This document shows positions 1 to 10,287 of a stretch of DNA of 41,660 bases, piece after piece (position 1 is the first letter of the stretch; each line of letters opens with the position of its first letter). The notes beneath the pieces were generated by a model. It saw only the letters and a program-made list of their open reading frames with translations, did not search any database and had not been told where the DNA came from. Position numbers and translations under genes: made by a program. Location of the stretch: assembly GCA_011109175.1 (NCBI GenBank), contig RDEW01000034.1:106670-148329 (forward strand), written 5' to 3'. The DNA is from Dicyema japonicum. Lineage: Eukaryota > Animalia > Dicyemida.

Positions 1-639
1 CTGTCACGTGGAGCATATGCTATTAATGGTGTAATTGTTAGTTTAGTGGACATCAATCGCAGAGACTAAATTAATTACAAAGTTAAACCTGACAGAGAGC
101 ACACTCTCCTTTATATCAAGCGTCACAGGAGTGGTCTTATTAATCTGTAGTGACTCTCTATCAGGATGTCTCTGGCTGAAGACTCGTTACAGCGTTCCAG
201 AACTTGACTGCAGGTAATTTCCCGGGGAATACATTTCCTCGGAGAGAATAGTTGGATCCTCTTGATGCCACAAGGACAAGGACGTCGACTAAGTAAGGTG
301 GATCATTTGACGCCATCGCAATGAGAGTAAATAATTTATGACCAACCAGCACATAACATCACATGGTGTCACGCGGCCAAAAACTAAATTATATGATATT
401 TAAAAATATTATAAATTTTTATCATCTTTATATTTAAATAATAATTTAAAAAGTTTTCAGTATCGATAATTTTTACTGACTATCGAAAAAAACCTGTAAG
501 AGCCATCTGGACTAAAAAGTAACATGTAATAAATATTATTTGTCACGTTTATATAGCGCATCCGACAAGTATGGAACTAACTCGTTAGGTAAAGAAGAAA
601 TAAAGAAAATGATGCAAAACTTTTGAAAAATGCTATCAC

Positions 640-1400
640 TGACTCGTACAAAGCAGCACAAAATGAGCCATAAGAGCTTTTTTGAGGTTATAAAAAGAAA
701 GATAATCTAAGCTGTTGCTGGACTTGTGTTTATGAAGCCTCAAAGTAATACCCTCTTTATTTTCATCTGTTAACATAAAAGTCAAGGTTTGAAAATCAGA
801 GGTAGACGCGTCAAATTGGATGTTTGCAATGCTTTTAAACGGTCAAAAGATAAATCATCATCACGTTTACTTGCAAAAAAAGCAAAAAAATATCTCTTTT
901 ATTCCACCTATCATNAATGAGCCATAAGAGCTTTTTGAGGTTATAAAAAGAATGATAATCTAAGCTGTGGCTGGACTTGTGTTTATGAAGCCTCAAAGTA
1001 ATACCCTCTTTATTTTCATCTGTTAACATAAAAGTCAAGGTTTGGGAATCAGAGGTAGACGCGTCAAATTGGATGTTTGCAATGCTTTTAAACGGTCAAA
1101 AGATAAATCATCATCACGTTTACTTGCAAAAAAAGCAAAAAATATCTCTTTTATTCCACCTATCATATTCAAGTCCTTCCCCCGTTTTGGAAATAAAATC
1201 ATTTCTTCTGAGACGGGAGTAAAACAAGGCAATCCACTGGGTCCCCCCTACCCCTTTTTCAATCGGTGATCGATCACATTGTACAAGATAACTCTACTGT
1301 CCTCAATTTATGATTCCTGGACCAATGAATCTTTAGAGGAAGCACTGAAAATGTCCTTCGAAAACAACCATGATTTTAGAGAATTATAGCGGATCAATCG
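640..1400 (+). mobile_element. CRE-clade non-LTR retrotransposon remnant (RT fragment)
   Basis: KLDVCNAF and SSETGVKQGNPLGP match CRE RT motifs (KLD.SNAFN; GVQQGDPLGP), as in the larger copy at 28074-28712. Partly duplicated across the n at 915. Confidence 0.7.
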
Positions 1401-2620
1401 CCTTCTACAAAAAAATTAAAAAAAGTTGTTTCAGATATCCCAATTACTTTCCTAGCTCTCTTGAATTCCTTAAATGTGGATTGAATAAGCGAGTAAAGGT
1501 CGAATATTGATTAATGCCTGTCAATGTTAAGACCCTCAAAAAACATTGTTGTGTGCAGATATGTTCCACGTGTATAATGGGCTCATTCCTCATCCGTACA
1601 TAAAATAAAGGGATTTTTACTTATGTGTAAACCACNAAAAAAAGTTGTTTCAGATATCCCAATTACTTTCCTAGCTTTCTTGAATTCCTTAAATGTGGAT
1701 TGAATAAGCGAGTAAAGGTCGAATATTGATTAATGCCTGTCTATGTTAAGACCCTCAGAAAACATTGTTATGTGCAGATATGCTCCACGTGTATAATGGG
1801 CTCATTCCTCATCCGTACATTAAATAAAGGGATTTTACATATGTGTAAACCACAATAAGCGAGTAAAGGTCGAATATTGATTAATGCCTGTCTATGTTAA
1901 GACCCTCAGAAAACATTGTTATGTGCAGATTTCTTCCACGTGTATAATGGGCTCATTCCTCATCCGTACATTAAATAAAGGGATTTTAAATATGTGTAAA
2001 CCACATTGCACAAAAAAAGAGTATTTATTTGAAATTGAAAAAAAATCATATATTAATCATAAACTGTGTCCCAGTGGAAGCATTCCGATCTACTATGAAG
2101 AACCGTGTCCAAATCGTAGAACTCCCATTAGGATTCTTCTCAAAATACAGTAGTCACTTCCTGAGAGCAGTTGAGTCGCTGGTGAGAAACTCAAGAAGAG
2201 TTGGGAACTTTTGAAGGCTAGAATCACCTAATCAGTTGGTTTAACATTTCTTTTTTGGTGGTTTCTTGGTTTAATAATAATGTGATCATCAGCACACCTC
2301 CGACGTAATCATTACTCATTGAAGAAGTTAGGAAAAAATTAGTTAAGTTGGAGAAATTCAGAAAATAATTTTGCTTCTGTTTCAAGTAAACAATAAAGTT
2401 TGAAATAAACGACGAAATAAATTCATCTCAAAGGTATCCATCCCCTCTCCTGCAGAAAGTCAAACGGATCAGGCTTTAACATCAATGCATTCCAGTTTAT
2501 AAAGTATGGTTTCGCATTTGCCAAGTTTTCGATTATTAGCCTTCTCCATCCATTTGTCGTCTTGCTCGCCTACTGAATTCGTCAAGATCATCTGCATCCA
2601 CAAGTCGGCCCCCATCTCCA
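1400..2620 (-). mobile_element. Penelope-like element remnant (RT plus GIY-YIG)
   Basis: Frameshifted motifs in the expected order: SSFISNFIVYLE, RRCADDHIII (YxDD-like), KNPNGS...TGTQFMIN, then VVYTY...PLYTR. The 3' part is repeated about three times around the n at 1636. Confidence 0.5.
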
Positions 2621-4360
2621 AGACGCTTATTAATACATTTGTAGATAAAATAATATTTAATAAAATTAGACGAACAAAATCAAAGATAAATAAAAACAGA
2701 AAAGATACCACATAGACGAGAACCAAAAGGACATTCAAAAGCGCTATTTTAGTAATATGGTTTACCGTATATTAAATTAAATTTTGTAAATTATTAAATT
2801 AAATAATTTATTTTCATGTAATAATATTTTCATATATCTTCGAATATAAAATTTTTCCTCTTTGGCTGAACGCAGTGTGCGATTACATCGAATGTGACTG
2901 TCATGGCATTGATCCGAAAAATGGACTTTTAGAGAAGGTCAATTCTCCCAACCAGATCCCACCCATGATGTGACGAGTCCTTCTTACACTACTCAGATAT
3001 TAAAAGGGATCTCCTATCTTTTCACTGACGAACTACACTTGTTAAGCTTTTCATCATGACATTATACGACACTCAAATGACATTTTGGAATCAGTAGCTT
3101 ATGCTTTCTCGGAATTACGGCTGAAAAATGCCGCAGTCTGAAAATATTAACATATGTGAGGTCCTAACAATGATCTACTCAACAGGAAATATTATTCTCA
3201 CAAGTCACCATTAGCTTGAGAAATATCCATAAACACAAAAAATAATAAACCGAATACTACCCTAATGGTTAGTGTTACACGTACAAAAATCCATACTCTC
3301 GTGATTAGTATGCGTAACTGTTCATTAATCTAAAATAAAGTGCATTTGTCTTGTCTTTAAGAGCTATAAGTATTATGGATCTCATGAAAGTGCTGTTTAT
3401 TTACTGCTAGTCGACATAACTCTAAAAGCCCTAAAACAAATGAATTTTTTAACGACAATGAAAAATGTGTTACTTAATAATTCTCTAATTATGAAATTTT
3501 TAATATAGAATGCAGTGTAGTTTATATTTTAAAAAACTCATTGGTGTTTATTGCAACAGTCTATCAGGAACAGGTAGCACTGGTTAGTGCTGTCGCTTGG
3601 GTCGCAGTTATTTGAGTTGGTCAAGAACGGTTGTTGGATTCTGAAACCCCCAGTTAAAATATCCCTGGCAACCCAAGTTAACAGAGAAGAGGAAAACCCT
3701 AGGAGCAGGATAATTGTCCAAGATAATATAGCCTTTAACTACTAATTTCTCGTTGTAATAAAATTGTTCATTGTTCATTGTCTCGATTAATTGTGTACTC
3801 GATTTGAAGTCGTAAATACTAAATTTAGGCTTATTTCGATAGACGGTTGTAATTTTTCCAAATTTGTTGTTAATTGTCTAGTTGGTAATATATTCAATTT
3901 TTTGTAGGAAATCCATTTTTTAAAATTGTTTTCTCTCTTTGCAAAGCGGTAAGAATAGGAACTTGAACCACTCCCCTTAACTGAGCTTGATTCGTATCTC
4001 TGTTGGTCCTTTAGGTTTTTTATGAAAATATACCAGAGTATGCTGCTAGTTGTACCTACAGATTACAACCGCCTTTGAATTCCAGGTTCCGAATCCACTA
4101 TGATTTTGTGTCTATAATTGTCCAGTCGATCTCTGAGCGATTTAATATAGCTGTCTGTCTCAGTCCCAAGTCATCCAAACGATCAAATCTTCAGATAGTC
4201 AACACTTTTTCTGTAAACTGGCAAAACAGGTTCATTTAAGTCCCGTAAGGCGATACTTTGTTAATAAAATAAATTGAGGAAGTATATTTTGTGAATTCCT
4301 TTTATTGATTTACGCTGGTCCACACAAATATATAAGCGATTCTTGTCAACTTCGAACAAA

Positions 4361-4738
4361 ATGTGCCGCGGTGATGATAAGAATACAAAGAATAAACTTA
4401 ACATAAATTTCCTATTACCTGAGGAAGAAGAATTAGCAAGCGAGAATGACCTTAACGACAAGTTCCCTCAGTTTTACATAGATGATTCAGAACTGCAACA
4501 AATTCTTCAACCTGACGAGTCATTCATTTCATGGAATGATGATGAGGACAACTGGGAGTTTGACGCGTTGCTAGATATTAACAACGCCTACATCATGTCA
4601 CAAGTTGAGAAGACAGAATCGGAGAAATCCGGAGATGAATGCACCGTTGATGAATCATTGGATAGCTGCGAGAAAACCGAAGAATCTAATGATTCAAATG
4701 ATAAGTCTAAGCCGGAAAAAAGTGACATTGTCGAATAA
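4361..4738 (+). CDS. Hypothetical acidic low-complexity protein (about 125 aa from the first ATG)
   Basis: Uninterrupted D/E/S-rich ORF in otherwise decayed DNA, followed by an AT-rich tract; no recognisable domain. Confidence 0.35.
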   Translation: MCRGDDKNTKNKLNINFLLPEEEELASENDLNDKFPQFYIDDSELQQILQPDESFISWNDDEDNWEFDALLDINNAYIMSQVEKTESEKSGDECTVDESLDSCEKTEESNDSNDKSKPEKSDIVE

Positions 4739-5239
4739 CTTTATTAATTTAATTTATTTTTTTTAATTTATTTTTTATAAATATTTTTGAATATTTATTT
4801 ATTCATGTTAGTTTTTTTTCACTTAAAGTGGCAGGAATTAAGAAGTATATATTCTCTTAATTTATAAGCTTTTCAAAAAGTCTACATCGAATGCCATATC
4901 ATCGGCTTTTAGTTTTTTGTGAAAGTTCCTAGGGAAGCTTATATTGTCAACAAATGGGAAATGAACCTCATGTAGACACCGCAATTAGTCCGAATGTGTT
5001 TTAGTTTCACCCTGCATTGGAGGACCCCGCATGTAGTCTGAAAATAATTTGAGCTTGTATTCCCATTTTAACTGAATGATATTTGTCTTCGAGTAAGAGG
5101 CTTATTAGTCGTGTGTTGTCTGAGTTGATAATTCTTTCAGAACCTTAATTAACATCCTTCCTTTGTTTTTTGACAAAAACAGTTGTTCATTGTTGGCTAG
5201 TCTGAGAGAAAGAATCGTGGAACATAAGAAGATCCAATT

Positions 5240-5990
5240 CAAGTTTAATTTTCAACAAGTAGGGGAGAACCAGGGTGTTGGATGCCAGTTGAATTGAAAC
5301 CGAATATGATCTCATGTAAAGATATCTGCATGATGCAATACACTACACAAACTTAGGGACTCTTTTGGACGACAAAATTTGAGGATTGGAGTCGGACAAA
5401 GGCTAGGACTATATGATTGCTAGGAGCACCGATGCCGATGCTGGAAAATAGTCGATGCGAAGGGATTGCACCCGTTGTCCTGTAAAAGATGCGCAGGAAG
5501 AGGACCACATAACGCTGCTCTGAACGATGTTATTGTCAAAACTATGAAGGCTACAGGCATCCCATAAGAGTCTGAACCAGTGTGCCGCGATCGAGGAGAT
5601 GAAAAGAAACCTGAAGGGATGACCAACTTTACTTACACATCCGAAAGATCTTTGTTCTGTGACGCATCTTGTGTTGACACATATTTAAGCACGACTATTT
5701 CAAATCAGACATTTGGAGCAGCTGCTGTAACTGTGGAAAAACTAAAAATCAAGAAATATTCTTTCCTCGGAGACTGGTACCGATTTACTCCTGTTGCTGT
5801 CAAGTTATCAGGAGTTGTTGGTCCTATGACCACTAGGTTCCCACGCAAACTCGGAGGAATGCTCGCAAGAAAAAAAGGGATCACCGAGAAGGGTTCTGGC
5901 TATACAAAAAATTTAAATGGCCATACTCCGATGGAACTCGTTCGCGATTACGCAACTAACAATTGTTTCTTTGTTAAATAATTGTCATTA
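5240..5990 (+). mobile_element. CRE-clade retrotransposon 3' remnant (CCHC plus restriction-like endonuclease)
   Basis: EHRCRCW...GLHPLSC...HNAALNDVIVK, DRGDEKKPEGMT, CDASCVDT and EKLKIKKY form the RLE PD-(D/E)xK domain. Confidence 0.85.
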
Positions 5991-6098
5991 AGCTACAATA
6001 AAAAATTTAAATAAAATATTATTTTACTTTAAACTTTATTTTTAAAACGAATTGTTTTTAATAATAATTTTTTTATTTCCTTTATTATGCATTCTCTA

Positions 6099-6365
6099 GC
6101 CGGGTGGTGCTACGTGGCTAATTGATTGAAGTTTTGTTCGTCTGTTCTTTCTTTCTTTTTATTAGAAAGGCGTCATGCGATCCACCTGTCTAGTTGGCGC
6201 CCAGTGCCAGGCCGGGACGAAAAAGGATCATTTGCTCTCCCCCACTCCACTGTAGGAATTTCCACAACTGCAACCTTGGACGTCTTACCCTTTATGCTGA
6301 TTTCTGATGGACTGTATCTGTTGAAGTGGAAACTGGATACATTTAATTAGTTGTTTACTTTTACT
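6099..6365 (+). repeat. ~270-bp SINE-like dispersed repeat, family A, copy 1
   Basis: Reverse-complement homolog of 14430-14702 and 20188-20433. Weak A-box-like head (GCCGGGTGGTGCTACGTGG), conserved core GATCCACCTGTCTAG, tail TTAATTAGTTGTTTACTTT. Confidence 0.75.
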
Positions 6366-6495
6366 TTTTTCTCGGTGTTTCCGTGATTAATTAATTATTT
6401 AAGGTGTCGGGCTAAATTGGCTCAAGTTTGATTCTCGCTGCTGTTCACCTGGTGGACAATTTCAAGCATGTACGAAAGGGCTTGACGAGTGGAGA

Positions 6496-7410
6496 AGTTT
6501 CCAAGACGTCTGAAAAACTCGAGTGTAGAGGAGTAGTAGGATCCGAAAGTCTCCATAGCAAAAAGAACAAATTTGACATTATTGGGAAAGTCGACGTATT
6601 TTTCAAGTTTGGCCTTTTCAGGCTTGACAGCTGAAGAGCAGGCCCTTGAAGCGCACTCGTAAAATTGTTCGAGGTGAACGTATCTGTACATGTCACGTCA
6701 CGAACAAGTGGTTTCCAGGTTTCAAAGGGAAATATGGTCATCCCGTCCGGTCGTTTCACGTCATTTCTGCATAACCCGATCGGTTCAAAAATAACCGAGT
6801 ATCCAGTAGCATCCAAAGCCCGCTTGACAATCTCATTGAGAGCCTTTTGACTTGGAGATCTGCCAGCGCACATCTTGCAGGCAATGGGGTGCAGGCCATA
6901 GCAGTCTATCAGGATGCCACATCAGCACGGGTGAGCTAAATATACTTTATGTCTCAGCCCCAGAGAGATATCATTTCAAACGCATTCATCATCCAGGAAG
7001 GCGCCTATAACTCCATTGGGGATGGCGTTTAGCCATGGTCCGCTCTCAGGGGAAGCCCCCGAAAGCAAACAAACACGTCGGTGCTGATTGGCTGATTCCA
7101 GTAAGAGTCCAATTGAATTCCAACATAATATATTGTCCAGGTTTCGCTGGCAGTNTTAGCCAAGATCCGCTCTCAGGGAAAGCCCCCGAAAACAAACAAA
7201 CACGTCGGTGTTGATTGGCTGATTCCAGTAGGAGTCCAAATGAATTCCAACATAATAAATTGTCCAGGTTTCGCTGGAAATCTTGTGAAGGAGACAGGGG
7301 AGGTTGGTGGCATTCCAGGCTTCTCGTGTGTGGATTATGTCTTGGTAAATTGAGAATTCGGGTAGGAAGTGTAGAATCCCGAAATAGTTGGAAACTTTTC
7401 ACTTTTCCTT
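6496..7410 (-). mobile_element. CRE-clade retrotransposon remnant (linker plus RLE)
   Basis: PESGPWLNAIP, ALNEIVKRAL...EPIGLCRNDVKRPDGMTIFPF...RDVTCTDT, EKAKLEKY...FAMETFG. Confidence 0.88.
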
Positions 7411-7421
7411 AAACCCAGTTA

Positions 7422-7622
7422 GCCAGGTGGCATAGTGGTTAGGTATCGCGCAAGGTGACTTTGGTCACGAGTTCGATTCTCTCTGGTGTTCACCTGGTGG
7501 AAGTTCCACGCATATACGTTGCGGAAATGGCTTGACGAGTGACGCCGTCGTCAGTGGAGATTCACTGCAGAACCGGATAGTCAAAAAAACTTACACACAA
7601 GAAAAAGAAAAAAACAAAGAAG
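7422..7622 (+). mobile_element. tRNA-derived SINE, family B, apparently full length
   Basis: A-box TGGCATAGTGG, B-box GAGTTCGATTC, imperfect cloverleaf, ~110-nt body and A-rich tail. A diverged partial copy lies at about 6418-6495. Confidence 0.65.
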
Positions 7623-7630
7623 TGAAGAGC

Positions 7631-7682
7631 ATTCTTTGGTTCTCCCTCTACGATTAGTTATTCTTTGGTTCTCCCTCTACGA
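7631..7682. repeat. 23-bp direct repeat, two copies
   Basis: ATTCTTTGGTTCTCCCTCTACGA at 7631-7653 and 7660-7682. Confidence 0.9.
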
Positions 7683-8016
7683 AGTGAAGGAGCTTCTGAT
7701 TATACGCTAAATACGTGCTTTTGTGGCCTAAGTAAGGTGACGTCATGTGACTCACCTTTCTCAATATTTGAACAAATCCAGCCTCAAAATGAAATCTTTC
7801 TTGCTAATCGTTAACTATGTGATAAATTTAAAATAAGAAAATATATATCTGTGGATTCTTAATGATCCCAATATCTATAATTTATGAATCTACCAAACTA
7901 AATAATAAACCACAACAACAATTAGTAAAATAGTTAATAGAAATTACTCAAATGTGTTAACTTTAATGATAATTGATGTAATTCTAAATTATAAAAATAA
8001 CAACATTGTAATTTGT

Positions 8017-10287
8017 TTAAAAAAGCTCAGCGTAGTAATAGATCTCTTTCATATCGGATAGTAAACATACAGTTTCAATTTTCATAATAATGTTATGAGA
8101 AACAAACATGTCCATAAATAAGGAATTATGATAGAATAATGTTTGATTGGCACATTCCCACACAGCCCAAAGCCAAATTCGTTCATCTGTGTTGACATTT
8201 AATAAATTTATTGTTGACTCCATTGACCTTAAGGAAATACCTAGGAAATACCTCATATCTAAATCAACAGAAAATATCGTTTCTCTGATATCACAGCCGA
8301 TTAGAAAATTAAGATTTTTTATAAAATGAACAATTTTTTCTAGAATGTGTTCACGTGGATTCAAATCACTAAAATCAGAATTCAAAAAAGTAGGAAAAAT
8401 ATCATTTGGATCACATAATATATGGCAGATACATCTATATAAAAAATAGGTGACATCAGTATAACGGTTTGAGTATTCAATTTCCCTTTTCAATAAACAA
8501 AAATATTACAATATAAGATCTAGTAGACGATGCGTCCTTATTAAATATCTGGTGTTTGAGGATTTAGCCATATTTTCCACAATTTTAAATAAAAGAATTA
8601 ATATATAATTGTCTTCATGGGTAGACACAGAAAATCTGTCGAAAAAATAATAAATATAATAAATTCCACTATAATCAAGAAACAAATTCACATTCTTTTC
8701 ATTTTCGTCTACAAAAATATATTTTAAATACCTAGAAGACACGTCAACAAACTAAAACGGAGTATATTATTTTTGTCATCTTTTTTAAACTGTTCAACGC
8801 ATGACTAAAAATTTATTGTTCTTTGAACTTTGACAAGTCCTTCAGAATAGCCAAGATAGGCAAGAAGATTGATACTCAATTTTTTTACAACACAACGAGG
8901 ATGACGATAAAAATCATTATTCCAGTAATAAAGTTTTATTAACACAATTGAAAGTGCAGGAAGCTAAAAATAAGAATTAACTAACAAAAATAGATATCGC
9001 CCACAATTTAAAATCATCCAAAAACTTACAATAAAAAGATCGCATTAAATTACACATATCTTTATACGTAATAATGTCAAGAAAAGTATCAAAAATAAAG
9101 CTATGGATGAAATCTACTTATACCAAGCATTAGCATATGAAATTGGTTGATTTATGATTATGCTGTTTAGAATTTCCCTGAAATTAAAATATTAAATTAC
9201 AGAATTGAAAAAGCATACAGATATTTACAATCATATAAAAAGCGACGGAGAAGCTAAATTTATATTTTAAAATACTCTCAAAAATGGTTTCAATAATTTA
9301 TTTTCAATTTTAAATTTAAAACTAATAATCGACTCAAAAACACCCGCCAGGAGATCAATGTCATTCAAACGTAGAGCAGATCTGACTATGTTATTTAAAG
9401 TTGATTCCGAATCATTCTATATTCTTTAATATAAATACAGAATCGGTTATATTTTTACTGAAATGTAAAATTTTCCCATCTTGAAATTTTTTAAATCCCA
9501 TTTTTTTAATTTTGCTAAGATTATTAAAATCAATAACTTTGTTAACTTTTTTAGTTTTCTTTTTTTAATAAAACATCCAGATAAATTTACGTAAGTAAGG
9601 TTCTTGGCTTTTTTGAAAAAAGAATAGAAATTACTGTCACATCCATTGCAGCGAAAATAACTTGTATGTATAAAATGTCTAAAATTGAGAGAGAATCTAC
9701 CTCAGAGACTCTGGACTGTTTAGGGTTGAAATAAAATTATCAAAATTGGAAATAAAAACATCGTGAAAATTTATGCGTTCCAGTTTTTCTATTATTTTCA
9801 ATGTACTGTTAATTTTGGTTTTTTTACCGAGTCCAACGAGGGAGAGATACTTTATTTTTCTAAATCCAGTCATAAATAACTGATTTAGCAAATCTGGGTC
9901 ATCGTACTTACAGAGTGTGAATGATTTAACGTTATTCGATAAATACGGTAGTTCAGGATTCTTTTCTGATGAAACAATCCTTCTTATTGTAATATTTGAT
10001 AAATTTGGATAAACTTGAATCATGTTAACAACCTTCTTAATGTCAACATTCTGATTAGTCAACTGAATGCAAAAAATGTCTTTCTGCACTACATCTGAAA
10101 TTTTATTTAAAAATGAATCTTTAAAAAGTAGATCTCTCTTAGAGTGAGGAATCAAATATTTCAATTCGTTAAGAGTTCTTTTGGAAATCATTTTCTTAGA
10201 TTTATCGCTTAATTTTATATATTTTTGTTCTTTAACGTTCGTTCGAATATTATTGATGCATAATGCATATAATGAAGGTGCTTCCAT
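8017..10287 (-). CDS. ZER1: ZER1/ZYG-11 family protein (BC-box, LRR, ARM; CRL2 E3 ligase substrate receptor), 11 exons, about 680 aa
   Basis: Exons (minus): 10287-9701, 9678-9538, 9514-9439, 9416-9276, 9253-9201, 9177-9124, 9100-8986, 8963-8829, 8804-8732, 8708-8510, 8485-8017. They total 2043 nt = 681 codons with no internal stop. N-terminal PSLYALC resembles the ZER1 BC-box, and KNLTYVNLSGC is LRR-like. The C-terminal LRFSLLTCLLDENEKNVNLFLDYSG, ENMAK, DVTYFLYRCICHILCD and SLRSMESTINLL...WLWAVWECAN align by eye with ZER1 ARM repeats (FSWSALWNITDETPDNCEMFLNFNG, GNVAE, EVSYNACGVLSHIMFD, NYRSFEPILRLL...QHWATWALYN). ZER1 versus ZYG11 orthology is not resolved, and the intron 2 boundaries are the least certain. 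Confidence 0.85.

Noticed and set aside
1480-2010. Three ~140-bp tandem copies resembling a satellite or repeat array
   Set aside because: They lie inside a Penelope-like remnant and straddle the n at 1636; there are no unique spacers, so this is not CRISPR and is probably partly artefactual.
3680-3700. ACAGAGAAGA resembling the U6 snRNA ACAGAGA box
   Set aside because: No flanking U6 sequence (no TTAGCATGGCCCCT and no 5' stem).
3950-4250. Possible LINE APE remnant on the minus strand (IALRDLN)
   Set aside because: A single weak motif, insufficient to call.
7631-7682. 23-bp direct repeat as a mini-CRISPR
   Set aside because: Only two copies with a 6-nt gap, in a eukaryotic context with no cas genes.
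8017-8742. ORF-track entries 8017-8493, 8506-8742 and 9697-10287 as separate genes or a pseudogene
   Set aside because: They are exons of one gene and join in frame through canonical GT-AG micro-introns.
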